The position numbers were made by a program, and so were the translations under genes. Below the pieces are notes generated by a model that saw only the letters and a list, made by a program, of their open reading frames with translations, had not been told where the DNA came from and searched no databases. Below are positions 10,289 through 23,955 of a stretch of DNA of 61,849 nucleotides, in pieces; within the stretch, counting starts at the first letter, position 1, and the number at the start of each line of letters is the position of its first letter. The DNA comes from an uncultured Planctomycetia bacterium. Lineage in GTDB: Bacteria > Omnitrophota > Gorgyraeia > Duberdicusellales > 4484-171. The stretch spans positions 1 to 61,849 of the forward strand of contig CAZSDJ010000003.1 of the NCBI GenBank assembly GCA_964605645.1, given 5' to 3'.

Positions 10289-10508
10289 AAAAAATCAAAT
10301 AACTTAATAGAATGATAATTATTAGAAAAACCGCCCAATAAAACCACTTTGATTTTTTATTTAAATCTACCGGCCTGCCACAATAGTAACAACTGACAGC
10401 ATCTTGAGGGATAGGTTTTTTACAATGAGAGCATTCAACTAAATGATCATAATCTAAATCATCCTTTGGTTCATCTACTTGTTTGAAATCAAAAAAATCT
10501 TCGGACAT
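10287..10508 (-). CDS. small zinc-ribbon membrane protein
   Basis: 73 aa. CSHCKK..(9)..CYYCG zinc ribbon followed by one hydrophobic helix WFYWAVFLIIIILLSYLIF. Confidence 0.45.
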   Translation of the reverse strand: MSEDFFDFKQVDEPKDDLDYDHLVECSHCKKPIPQDAVSCYYCGRPVDLNKKSKWFYWAVFLIIIILLSYLIF

Positions 10509-10532
10509 TTTGCTTGAGAATGAATACTGAAC

Positions 10533-11045
10533 TCACTTTAAATTTTTAAAAATTCCATCATAGTTATCAGTTTCTCCCACCTTATAAAAAACAAGTTGAG
10601 CGATGCGTGCATTTTGTTTTATGTTAACACCCTCGGGATTCTCTACTGACAGGCTAAATTCACCTCTGCCGGAAAATCCGGCGTCCCAAACACCGTGAGA
10701 GGTAAAACAACCCATCCGCAAGATTGAGGTACGGCTAAAAGCAAGAGCTATCAAGTTATTCGGTAAGTTAACTGCTTCATTGGTTTTTACCTTATAAATA
10801 CCGGCTGATAAATTCCACCAACCGTATTTATCTTCTTGCTTTTTTTTCTCCGGAATAATTTCTCTTGTTTCCGGGACTACTCTTTCTTTGTTCGAAAAAT
10901 CCAATGAGCCTGCTTTATTAAATTTTGATATTTTAGCTACCGTTAAATCAATTCCATTTGGAGTTAATTGCTTATCTAGGCTTATATAACCTTCTAATAA
11001 CTTTTCATCTTCAATTAATTTTTTAATTTCTTTTTTGTTTAACAT
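10533..11045 (-). CDS. dCTP deaminase/dUTPase family protein (archaeal-type dut/dcd)
   Basis: 170 aa. NGIDLTV, FSRTSILRMG, VWDAGFSGRGEFSL and IAQLVF match the trimeric dUTPase-like fold motifs. Confidence 0.7.
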   Translation of the reverse strand: MLNKKEIKKLIEDEKLLEGYISLDKQLTPNGIDLTVAKISKFNKAGSLDFSNKERVVPETREIIPEKKKQEDKYGWWNLSAGIYKVKTNEAVNLPNNLIALAFSRTSILRMGCFTSHGVWDAGFSGRGEFSLSVENPEGVNIKQNARIAQLVFYKVGETDNYDGIFKNLK

Positions 11046-11478
11046 ATTTTTTCACCTCACTTATCGCTTCTTGAGCAGTTTTTACTTTTATCACTCCCTT
11101 TATGTCCCAACTATTAATACCAATTACTTTTTTATTTCCCGATAAGGCAAATCCTATTTCGGAAAGAGTACCATATTTACCATCAACTGCTATGAGATAG
11201 TCTGCCGCCCTTACCACTAAAGTATTTCGAACATATCCTAAGCCGGTTGGTATTTTTACATCTAGATAATTATTTGCTTCTTTGCCAGCGTAAGAAGGCA
11301 GAATGCCCACAGTCAAACCGTTTTCTTTTTTTGCTCCGCGGCAAGCCGCTTCCATAACACCGGGCCCGCCGCCGCAAATTAAAACCCAGCTTTCTTTGGC
11401 AATCAGTTCTCCTAACTTTTTAGCTATTTTGTAATTTTTATTCGAACAACTTGACCCGCCAATAACTGCAATATTCAT
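11023..11478 (-). CDS. TIGR00725/LOG-like (SLOG) family protein
   Basis: 151 aa. IAVIGGS, CGGGPGVMEAACRGA and GKYGTLSEI are typical of the LOG/lysine-decarboxylase-like Rossmannoid family. Overlaps the dut/dcd-like gene by 23 nt. Confidence 0.65.
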   Translation of the reverse strand: MNIAVIGGSSCSNKNYKIAKKLGELIAKESWVLICGGGPGVMEAACRGAKKENGLTVGILPSYAGKEANNYLDVKIPTGLGYVRNTLVVRAADYLIAVDGKYGTLSEIGFALSGNKKVIGINSWDIKGVIKVKTAQEAISEVKKYVKQKRN

Positions 11479-11503
11479 GATTATAAATTCGTATATGGGT
11501 ATA

Positions 11504-11575
11504 TGTCCCTGGCAGGATTCGAACCTGCATCTTTGGCTCCGGAGGCCAACGCTCTGTCCATTGAACTACAGGGAC
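11504..11575 (-). tRNA. tRNA-Arg (anticodon CCG)
   Basis: Hand-folded cloverleaf. Acceptor GTCCCTG/CAGGGAC, anticodon arm TTGGC-CTCCGGA-GCCAA, T arm GCAGG-TTCGAAT-CCTGC. No encoded CCA. Confidence 0.85.
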
Positions 11576-12843
11576 TGATGCTCTTTCATACCAATAAAAA
11601 CATGTTCAATTTTTCCTTTTAGCTTTTTTCCGAGAAAACAAGAATTTTTTGATTTCGAAACAAAATGTTTTTTTGTTACTCTCCATTCTTGATTGGGGTT
11701 AAAAACAATTAAGTCTGCAACGGCCCCTTTTTCGATTAATCCCTTTTTTAAGCCTAAAATTTGCGCAGGATTGACTCTAAATTTATCAATTAAATCTTGC
11801 CAGCTTAAAAAGTTTTTTTCCACTAATTCTGTAAAAGCTACCGCTAATTCTGTTTCCAGCCCTATCGTGCCAAATTCTGCCCGCTCAAATTCAATGTCTT
11901 TCTCGTTTTCTGTGTGCGGTGCATGATCCGATGCGATTACATCAATCACTCCTTCGGTTAAAGCTTTTTTAATGCTCAAAATATCTTCTTCTTTGCGCAA
12001 GGGCGGATTGATTTTTTTATTCGTATCAAAATCCCAAAGATCTTTTTCCGATAAAGAAAAATAATGGGGCGCAGTTTCCGCTGTAACCCGTACTCCTCTG
12101 TTTTTAGCTTCAGCAATAATGTCAACTGATTCTTTGCAGCTTACATGGGCAATATGCACTCTCGCTTTAGCTTCTTCTGCCAATTTTATATCTCTAGCCA
12201 CTCGCTTAAATTCTGCTGACTTTGGTATTCCCCGTAAACCAAGGCAGGTTGAACTAAACCCTAAATTGAGAACGCCTTTCTTAGAAAGAGTTTTGTCTTC
12301 ACTGTGACAAATCACAATTACATTATTTTTAGTTGCTTGTTTAAGCGCTTGCAACATTAAATTGCTGTCATCTACAGAATCTCCATCGTCGGTTATCGCT
12401 TTTACCCCTTGCTGGGCTAATCCCTCAATATCAACTAATTTTTTTCCTCTTCTCCCCTTGGTTATTGCTGCAGCAAGTAATACTTCTACCCGGGCTTGAT
12501 CTTTAATTTTATCTTTTATAAATTTTACAACTTCCACAGAATCTATTGACGGTTCTGTATTGGGCATGGCCAAAACCGAGGTCACCCCTCCGGCTAAGGC
12601 TGCTTTTGTCCCGCTGGCAATCGTCTCTTTATCTTCTCTGCCAGGCTCCCGCAGGTGTACATGCATATCAATTAAACCCGGCATTATTATTTTTCCTTTA
12701 GCATCTATAACCTCATCCGCATCGCTAGATTCAATATCGACAGCAATTTTTATAATTTTTCCTTGTTCTATGAGAATATCAGATTCATTTAGTTGTTGTT
12801 TTGATCCAACTATTTTTCCTTTTTTAATTAATATTTTCATCAT
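11566..12843 (-). CDS. pyrC: dihydroorotase
   Basis: 425 aa. DMHVHLREPG, metal-binding HxH and DHAPH motifs. The last codons overlap the first 10 nt of tRNA-Arg. Confidence 0.9.
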   Translation of the reverse strand: MMKILIKKGKIVGSKQQLNESDILIEQGKIIKIAVDIESSDADEVIDAKGKIIMPGLIDMHVHLREPGREDKETIASGTKAALAGGVTSVLAMPNTEPSIDSVEVVKFIKDKIKDQARVEVLLAAAITKGRRGKKLVDIEGLAQQGVKAITDDGDSVDDSNLMLQALKQATKNNVIVICHSEDKTLSKKGVLNLGFSSTCLGLRGIPKSAEFKRVARDIKLAEEAKARVHIAHVSCKESVDIIAEAKNRGVRVTAETAPHYFSLSEKDLWDFDTNKKINPPLRKEEDILSIKKALTEGVIDVIASDHAPHTENEKDIEFERAEFGTIGLETELAVAFTELVEKNFLSWQDLIDKFRVNPAQILGLKKGLIEKGAVADLIVFNPNQEWRVTKKHFVSKSKNSCFLGKKLKGKIEHVFIGMKEHQSL

Positions 12844-12852
12844 TTAATCTCT

Positions 12853-13803
12853 TTAAACTTTTTTTACTCCGGAAATAAGATATAAAACAGCCATCCGAAC
12901 TGCAATCCCGTTTGTAACTTGGTCTAAAATAACTGAATTAGGCCCATCTGCTACTTCCGCTGCTATTTCAACTCCGCGGTTAATCGGCCCCGGATGCATT
13001 ACAACTATATTCTTATTTGTTTTTTCTATTCTCTCTTTGGTTATCCCAAATTTTTTAAAATACTCTATTTTTTCCGGAAAGGCCGATTTCTGATCTCTTT
13101 CAAACTGCATCCGCAAAACATTTACTGCATCCGATTCAGCTAACGCTTGCTCAATACCTGGCACAATGGAAACCCTCATTTTTTCAATTTCAGCCGGGAT
13201 TAAACTTTCCGGAGCACAAACTATGACTTTTGCCCCTAATTTCGTAAGCCCCCAAATATTTGAGCGAGCAACGCGTGAATGAGCAATATCACCTACAATA
13301 GTTACAGTCAGCCCTTCAATCTTGCCTTTTTTCTCGGCTAAAGTAAAAATATCAAGCAAAGCTTGGGTCGGGTGTTCATGCCAGCCATCGCCGGCATTAA
13401 CCACGCTGATCCCGACATGCCGCACCAGCATCGCCGCAGCTCCCGCTGCGCCATGCCTAATTACGATAATATCTGCCTTCAGTGCCTCAATATTTCTGCC
13501 TGTATCATTTAAAGTTTCTCCCTTTTTCACACTGGAATATTCAGTTGCGATATTAATCACATCTGCTGATAATCTTTTTGCAGCAACTTCAAATGAAACT
13601 CTGGTTCTAGTTGATGGTTCATAAAACAAGTTAACCACAGTTTTACCGCGTAAGGCAGGAACTTTTTTAATTTGACGTGTGGTTACTTCTTTAAATGAAG
13701 CAGCTGTGTGAAGCAGTGTTTCTATTTCTTCTTTGCTGAGATCTCTTAGGCCTAATAAATCTTTTTTCAGCCATTTCTTTGATTTTTCTTTACCTTCACT
13801 CAT
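12853..13803 (-). CDS. pyrB: aspartate carbamoyltransferase catalytic subunit
   Basis: 316 aa. Motifs STRTR, HPTQ and HPGP. Confidence 0.92.
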   Translation of the reverse strand: MSEGKEKSKKWLKKDLLGLRDLSKEEIETLLHTAASFKEVTTRQIKKVPALRGKTVVNLFYEPSTRTRVSFEVAAKRLSADVINIATEYSSVKKGETLNDTGRNIEALKADIIVIRHGAAGAAAMLVRHVGISVVNAGDGWHEHPTQALLDIFTLAEKKGKIEGLTVTIVGDIAHSRVARSNIWGLTKLGAKVIVCAPESLIPAEIEKMRVSIVPGIEQALAESDAVNVLRMQFERDQKSAFPEKIEYFKKFGITKERIEKTNKNIVVMHPGPINRGVEIAAEVADGPNSVILDQVTNGIAVRMAVLYLISGVKKV

Positions 13804-14368
13804 CTTTTCCCCGTAAAATTGCCTTATCTTCGTTGTCGGTTTCTTTTAATTTTATTTCCACAATTTGATGTTTTGCGGTAGGAATATTTTTTCCCACAAA
13901 ATCAGCTCGAAAAGGAAGCTCCCGATGCCCGCGATCAATCAAAATTAAAAGTTGAATTTTTTCCGGCCGGCCAAAATCCATTATTTGATCCAGGGCAGCC
14001 CTGATAGTTCTTCCCGTAAACAATACATCATCTATTAAAATAATTGTCTTTTGATTGATGTCAAAATTAATTACCGTTTCTTTAACTACCGGATTGGGGC
14101 CAACCGTAGTTAAGTCGTCCCTGTAAAGGGTAATATCAAGTTTTCCTAAAGGAAGTTCTGCGCCGTTTATCTTTTTAATTATTTTTTTTATTCTTTGAGC
14201 CAGAGGAATACCGCGAGTTTGGATACCGACTAAAGCTATTTGTTCTAAACTAGGGTTTTTTTCTGAAATCTGGTGGGAAAGCCTGAGCAAAGATTTTTCA
14301 ATCTCTGGGCCGGTTAAAATTATTTTTTCTTTACTTTTGTTTTCCATAATGATCCTTATTAGCCTCAC
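13796..14368 (-). CDS. pyrR: bifunctional pyr operon regulator / uracil phosphoribosyltransferase
   Basis: 190 aa. PRPP motif ILIDDVLFTGRT. The true start may be MENKSKE at 14347. Confidence 0.85.
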   Translation of the reverse strand: MRLIRIIMENKSKEKIILTGPEIEKSLLRLSHQISEKNPSLEQIALVGIQTRGIPLAQRIKKIIKKINGAELPLGKLDITLYRDDLTTVGPNPVVKETVINFDINQKTIILIDDVLFTGRTIRAALDQIMDFGRPEKIQLLILIDRGHRELPFRADFVGKNIPTAKHQIVEIKLKETDNEDKAILRGKDE

Positions 14369-14396
14369 CGGACTAATTTAAAGGTTATTTTTAATA

Positions 14397-15071
14397 TTAT
14401 TCTTTTTCTTGCTTTCTGTCAAGAATAATTACAAATTCTCCTTTCGGCTTTTGCTTGCCAAAATAATTTATTGCATTTTTAAGATCGGCTTCAAAAATAT
14501 CTTCGAATTTTTTAGTTAATTCTCGGCCAACTGCCACTTTTCTCTTTCCTAAAATAGCCATCATTTCTTCTAAGGTTCGCAAAACCCGGTAAGGTGATTC
14601 AAAAAAAATAAGCGTCATCGGTAAGTTTGCAATTTCTTTAATCAGGCGTAAGCGAGCTGTTTTTTTTCGTGGCAAATAACCAAAAAAAGCAAATTTATCG
14701 GTGCCAATACTGCTGGCAGAGAGTGCGGTGATAATGCTGGAAGCTCCCGGCACAGGGACCACTTTAATTTTTTCTTGTTTACATTTTCTTACTAATTTAA
14801 AGCCGGGATCAGAAATCAAAGGGGTGCCGGCATTTGATACCAAGGCAATGTTTTTGCCTTCTTGTAATTCTTTTATAATCCGTAAACTTTTCCGATCTTC
14901 ATTGTGTTCATGAAAACTTATTAATTTAGTTTTTATACTAAAATAATCCAACAACACTCCCGTTTTGCGCGTGTCTTCGGCTAAAATAAAATCAACTTCG
15001 CCTAAAATTCGTAAAGCGCGTAAGGTTATGTCTTCTCGATTCCCAATAGGGGTTGCAACTACATACAACAT
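14397..15071 (-). CDS. rsmI: 16S rRNA (cytidine1402-2-O)-methyltransferase
   Basis: 224 aa. N-terminus LYVVATPIGNREDITLRALRIL, tetrapyrrole-methylase fold. Confidence 0.85.
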   Translation of the reverse strand: MLYVVATPIGNREDITLRALRILGEVDFILAEDTRKTGVLLDYFSIKTKLISFHEHNEDRKSLRIIKELQEGKNIALVSNAGTPLISDPGFKLVRKCKQEKIKVVPVPGASSIITALSASSIGTDKFAFFGYLPRKKTARLRLIKEIANLPMTLIFFESPYRVLRTLEEMMAILGKRKVAVGRELTKKFEDIFEADLKNAINYFGKQKPKGEFVIILDRKQEKE

Positions 15072-15077
15072 AATTAA

Positions 15078-16907
15078 TTATTCAACAGTCACAGATTTAG
15101 CAAGATTGCGCGGTTGATCTATTTCAGCTCCTAAATTTTTTGCTACAAAGTAAGCAAATAATTGTAAAACGACCGCAATAACCAAGGGAGAAAATTCTTG
15201 AAATGCTAGTTTTGGCACAAAGATAACTTGGTCCGCAAAAGGCAGGATCTCTTGATCATCAGGATTAATTATTGCTAAAATTTTTCCGCGTCTAGCCTCT
15301 ATTTCTTGAAGATTGGAAGCCATTTTTTCATAAAGTGCATCTTGAGGGGCAATGCAAACCACCGCTCTGTACTCATCAATCAAGGCAATTGGCCCGTGTT
15401 TCATCTCACCGGCGGGATAACCTTCGGCAGGGATATAAGAAATTTCTTTTAGTTTAAGAGCCCCTTCTAAAGCAGAAGGAAAATTTATCCCTCTCCCTAA
15501 AAATAAGAAACATCCCATTTTTGAAAACTTTTTGGCAATCAGAGAAATTTTCTTGCTTTGTTTTAAAACTTCTTTTTGATAAGTGGGTATTTTTGATAAT
15601 TCCGCGAGAGCTTTATTTGTTTCTGCTTTGGTTATGGTTTTTTTTATGGCAGCCAGGTAAAGAGAAAACAGGTAAAGGCAGGTTAACTGTGTGGTATAGG
15701 CTTTGGTTGAGGCTACGCCAATTTCCGGGCCGGCCGGAGTGTAGATAAAACTGTCGCTGGCTCGCACCAAACTTGACCCGATCACATTACAAATTGATAA
15801 TACTTTGGCTTTTTTCTTTTTTGCTTTTGTTAAAGCAGCTAAAGTGTCGGCTGTTTCTCCCGATTGAGAAATTGCGATGAATAAATCATTCTTTCCTACA
15901 TTAAAATCACGATAACGGAATTCGGAAGAAGTATCAATTTCAACTTTAATCTGAGTATGCTTTTCTAAAAAATACCTGGCAACATAGGCAGCATGATAAG
16001 CTGTGCCGCAGGCTGCAATAAAAATGTTTTTAACACTTTTTAAATATTTCTTATCTAATTTAAGCTGGTTAAAAATAATGTTATTTTTTTTAGTGTAGAT
16101 ATTTAAAGTTTCTTCTATCGCTTTTGGCTGCTCGTAAATTTCTTTGAGCATAAAATGTTTAAAGCCTTGCTTCTTAGCTTCTTCTATTTTTATATTGATT
16201 TTCTCTTTTTTTGCTTTTAGATTCTTGCCTTGAAAATTATAAGTTTTTACTCCTTGTGAGCTGAGCACCGCCACTTGTTTTTCTTCTAAATAAATTACTT
16301 CTTTTGCCAACGGGATTATCGCCGGTAAGTCTGAGGCTAAAAATAGCCCTCTGTCTGCGACCCCGACCAAAAGAGGGCTCTTCTGGCGCACCCCAATAAT
16401 TTTATCGGGATTTTTTTTCGAAAATACACAAAGTGCAAAAGATCCTTTTAATTTATTAATTGCAGAAAACACTGCCTCTTCTATCGAATTTTTATAAAAA
16501 CTGGCAATTAAATTTGCCACTACTTCTGAATCTGTATCGCTCCTAAACCGATAACCTTTTTTCTTTAATTTATTTTTTAGGTCAAGATAATTTTCGATAA
16601 TCCCATTATGCACAATATAAATTTCTTTTTTATCGCTTTTGTGCGGATGAGCATTAACTTTAATCGGCCGGCCATGGGTAGCCCAGCGGGTATGGAGCAA
16701 GGCTGAGGAATAATTATTTTGTAATTGGGGCGTTAGTTTTTCTTTTAATTTTTTAATTTTTCCGGTTTCTTTCCGGTAGAGAAATTGTTTATTGCCGGAA
16801 GCCATAATTCCACAAGAGTCATAACCGCGATATTCCAGCCTCTGCAGCCCCGTTAAGAGGCGGGACAACTGTATACCTTCTCCTTTATATCCAAAAATAC
16901 CGCACAT
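15078..16907 (-). CDS. glmS: glutamine--fructose-6-phosphate aminotransferase
   Basis: 609 aa. Starts MCGIFGY, has two SIS domains and ends KSVTVE. Confidence 0.95.
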   Translation of the reverse strand: MCGIFGYKGEGIQLSRLLTGLQRLEYRGYDSCGIMASGNKQFLYRKETGKIKKLKEKLTPQLQNNYSSALLHTRWATHGRPIKVNAHPHKSDKKEIYIVHNGIIENYLDLKNKLKKKGYRFRSDTDSEVVANLIASFYKNSIEEAVFSAINKLKGSFALCVFSKKNPDKIIGVRQKSPLLVGVADRGLFLASDLPAIIPLAKEVIYLEEKQVAVLSSQGVKTYNFQGKNLKAKKEKINIKIEEAKKQGFKHFMLKEIYEQPKAIEETLNIYTKKNNIIFNQLKLDKKYLKSVKNIFIAACGTAYHAAYVARYFLEKHTQIKVEIDTSSEFRYRDFNVGKNDLFIAISQSGETADTLAALTKAKKKKAKVLSICNVIGSSLVRASDSFIYTPAGPEIGVASTKAYTTQLTCLYLFSLYLAAIKKTITKAETNKALAELSKIPTYQKEVLKQSKKISLIAKKFSKMGCFLFLGRGINFPSALEGALKLKEISYIPAEGYPAGEMKHGPIALIDEYRAVVCIAPQDALYEKMASNLQEIEARRGKILAIINPDDQEILPFADQVIFVPKLAFQEFSPLVIAVVLQLFAYFVAKNLGAEIDQPRNLAKSVTVE

Positions 16908-17362
16908 TATTGTTTTGGTTCTTTATTTTTTAAATTTTCTAAAAATAAATCTTTTATATTCTTTTTAGTAAAATACAAGGCAACTATCGAAAAAAAGAGA
17001 AATTGAGGAAAGGCAAGAATTATAGACCTTGGCTGGGCAATCGCTACTAAAATAAAAACGATAATAATAAATATGGAAAAATAGACCATTGCTTTCCTGG
17101 CTATTTCTTTTCGATAAAACAAACCTATCCCGGAAAGTAAAAGAAAAACTGATAAAATTAAAGAAACATTATTAATTATTTTTATCTGGTCTTGATTGAT
17201 GCCCGCTTGGATTCCAGCTTGCCCCATTCTTTGTAATGTATCTAAAAAGCGCCGGTAATCAAGAGTAAAATAATTTACCAAAGAAAATACCCCAAAAATA
17301 ATAACTAAAGCACTTAGTACTAAAATTCCTTTTGGTTTTTTTGTTGATTTGTGGTTTTGCAT
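16907..17362 (-). CDS. multi-pass membrane protein of unknown function
   Basis: Track ORF extends to 17425. I prefer MQNHKSTKK at 17362, because the upstream codons are encoded by the duplicated tRNA-Glu end and the hairpin module. Four predicted hydrophobic helices. Confidence 0.5.
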   Translation of the reverse strand: MQNHKSTKKPKGILVLSALVIIFGVFSLVNYFTLDYRRFLDTLQRMGQAGIQAGINQDQIKIINNVSLILSVFLLLSGIGLFYRKEIARKAMVYFSIFIIIVFILVAIAQPRSIILAFPQFLFFSIVALYFTKKNIKDLFLENLKNKEPKQ

Positions 17363-17373
17363 GGGTGAGCTTG

Positions 17374-17402
17374 AATAAAAACAACGTCCCCAGCCGGATT
17401 TG
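17374..17402. repeat. 29-nt duplicate of the tRNA-Glu 3-prime end plus its 11-nt trailer
   Basis: AATAAAAACAACGTCCCCAGCCGGATTTG is identical at 17374-17402 and 17530-17558. The second copy is part of the intact tRNA gene. Confidence 0.85.
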
Positions 17403-17540
17403 TATGCGCTTTTTGCCGAAGGCAAATTATTCTTTAATATGCTATTATAAAAATATTTAGCGCATCCAAATAAGACATTGATTGACGCTTTAAGCTTGTA
17501 TTTTATTTACAAATAGCATTTTTGAAATAAATAAAAACAA

Positions 17541-17615
17541 CGTCCCCAGCCGGATTTGAACCGGCGCCGCAGGCTCGAAAAGCCCGTGTCCTAGGCCAGA
17601 CTAGACGATGGGGAC
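17541..17615 (-). tRNA. tRNA-Glu (anticodon UUC)
   Basis: Hand-folded. Acceptor GTCCCCA/TGGGGAC, anticodon arm CGGGC-TTTTCGA-GCCTG, T arm GCCGG-TTCAAAT-CCGGC. Confidence 0.85.
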
Positions 17616-17677
17616 ATTTCCATAATTTTAAGTTTTTTCAAAAAAATGTCAAGAAATCATTTTTCCCCGGATAATTG

Positions 17678-22484
<4,807 letters not shown>

Positions 22485-22760
22485 TTATTTAACCTTTATT
22501 TTGATTTTCTTTAATTTTGGTATTTGTTGTTTTATTGTTTTAATTATTTTTCCTTCTTTCAACTTTACTTCGTAGGCTGCCGCTGATGAACTTACAAAAA
22601 TCACCGCTTCTTTTTTGTTTCTGAATTCTATTTGGATTTTTTCTGTTATTTTTTGGCTTAGTTCCGCTTCTAAAATGTTTTGTATATTTTGATATTGGTT
22701 CTGTTTTTTTTTATTTTTTTTTATGTATTTATCTATTATTGTTTTTATGTGTTCTGTCAT
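22485..22760 (-). CDS. DUF721 (DciA-like) protein
   Basis: 91 aa between dnaN and gyrB, the usual DUF721 position. C-terminal VIFVSSSAAAYEVKL resembles the family core. Confidence 0.55.
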   Translation of the reverse strand: MTEHIKTIIDKYIKKNKKKQNQYQNIQNILEAELSQKITEKIQIEFRNKKEAVIFVSSSAAAYEVKLKEGKIIKTIKQQIPKLKKIKIKVK

Positions 22761-22761
22761 C

Positions 22762-23859
22762 TTATGTTTTCATCGGTAATAAGAGGTAGATATGTTCTTC
22801 TCTTTTTAACACGGCCGGTTTTTCCGCTCCAAAAAAATCAATTGTTACTTTTTGTTCGCTTACTTGTTTTAAAATATCTATAAAATAATTAGGGTTAAAC
22901 TCTATATCCAGCGGGGTTCCCCGGTATTCTGCATCTATTTCTTCTTTGGCCTCCCCAAGTTGGGGGGTTGTTTTGTAAATTACCATTTTATTCTTTTTTA
23001 AGTTCAGCTTCACTCCTTGGTATTCTGTGGTGGTGAGCAATCCAATTCGTTTTAAAGAAGAAATAAATTCTTCTCTCTCTACAACCAATTGTTCTCCCTT
23101 TTTTTTGGGGATATATTGTGAATAGTTGGGAAACTCGCCCTCTATCGGCCGCGTTGTTATTTTTGTTTCACCAAAATCAAATTCTATTTGTTTGCCGGAA
23201 AAAGATAGATATAAGGGGTCATTTTTTTCTTTAGTTATTCTGGCAATTTCGCCAACTGCTTTATTCGGTAAGATGAAAGAAATTTTTTCTTTTATCGCAG
23301 CTTGATTGGCCGGTAAATCCCGAGCTACAAAAGAAAGTCTTTTCCCATCTGTGGCTATTAGTTTTATTTTATCTTCTTCGAGTTCAAACAACACCCCGCT
23401 TAAAACATAATTAACATCTTCAAAACCGGCACAAAATGCTGTAAGTTTAATCATCTCTTCTAGTGTCTCCGGTAATATCTTTATGGTTATTGCTTCCTGT
23501 TTCTCTTTTATTTTGGGAAATTCATCTTCTTTTAATGTGTTTATTTTGAATTCAACTTTTCCACACCTTATTAAGAGGATGTTCTTCATCTTTTCTAAGG
23601 CCGCGTTTTGGTTGGGTAACTCCCTGGCAATAGCCATAAGCCTCCGCATCGGCACTAACGCCTTTCCGGAAACTTCAACTATTGCTTTTGTTTGGGTGGT
23701 AATTGTTAAGTCAAGGTCGGTTGTTGTAAACTTAATTGTTTCTTTTTTCGCCTCAATTAAAACGCTGCTTAGAGAAAGAAAGTCTTGTTTGGTAGTTGTT
23801 GGGCCGACAACACTTCTTAAACACTCTACTAATTTTTTTTTATTAATTGTAATATTCAT
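22762..23859 (-). CDS. dnaN: DNA polymerase III beta sliding clamp
   Basis: 365 aa, three-domain clamp length, ending YLLLPMK. Sits next to dnaA. Confidence 0.9.
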   Translation of the reverse strand: MNITINKKKLVECLRSVVGPTTTKQDFLSLSSVLIEAKKETIKFTTTDLDLTITTQTKAIVEVSGKALVPMRRLMAIARELPNQNAALEKMKNILLIRCGKVEFKINTLKEDEFPKIKEKQEAITIKILPETLEEMIKLTAFCAGFEDVNYVLSGVLFELEEDKIKLIATDGKRLSFVARDLPANQAAIKEKISFILPNKAVGEIARITKEKNDPLYLSFSGKQIEFDFGETKITTRPIEGEFPNYSQYIPKKKGEQLVVEREEFISSLKRIGLLTTTEYQGVKLNLKKNKMVIYKTTPQLGEAKEEIDAEYRGTPLDIEFNPNYFIDILKQVSEQKVTIDFFGAEKPAVLKREEHIYLLLPMKT

Positions 23860-23955
23860 AGTCTTAGTACCAGTAGATACTGTGAAAACTGTTAACTTCC
23901 TTAATAGTATAACAATTATTTATAAAAAAATAAACAAACAAATAAAAAAAACTTT

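Noticed and set aside
14369-14396. PyrR-binding attenuator upstream of pyrR or pyrB
   Set aside because: The spacers are only about 28 nt (rsmI-pyrR), or the genes overlap (pyrR-pyrB). I could not recognise the PyrR binding loop consensus.
16907-17000. glmS ribozyme upstream of glmS
   Set aside because: The glmS start codon abuts the stop codon of the preceding membrane-protein gene, so there is no leader to hold a ribozyme.
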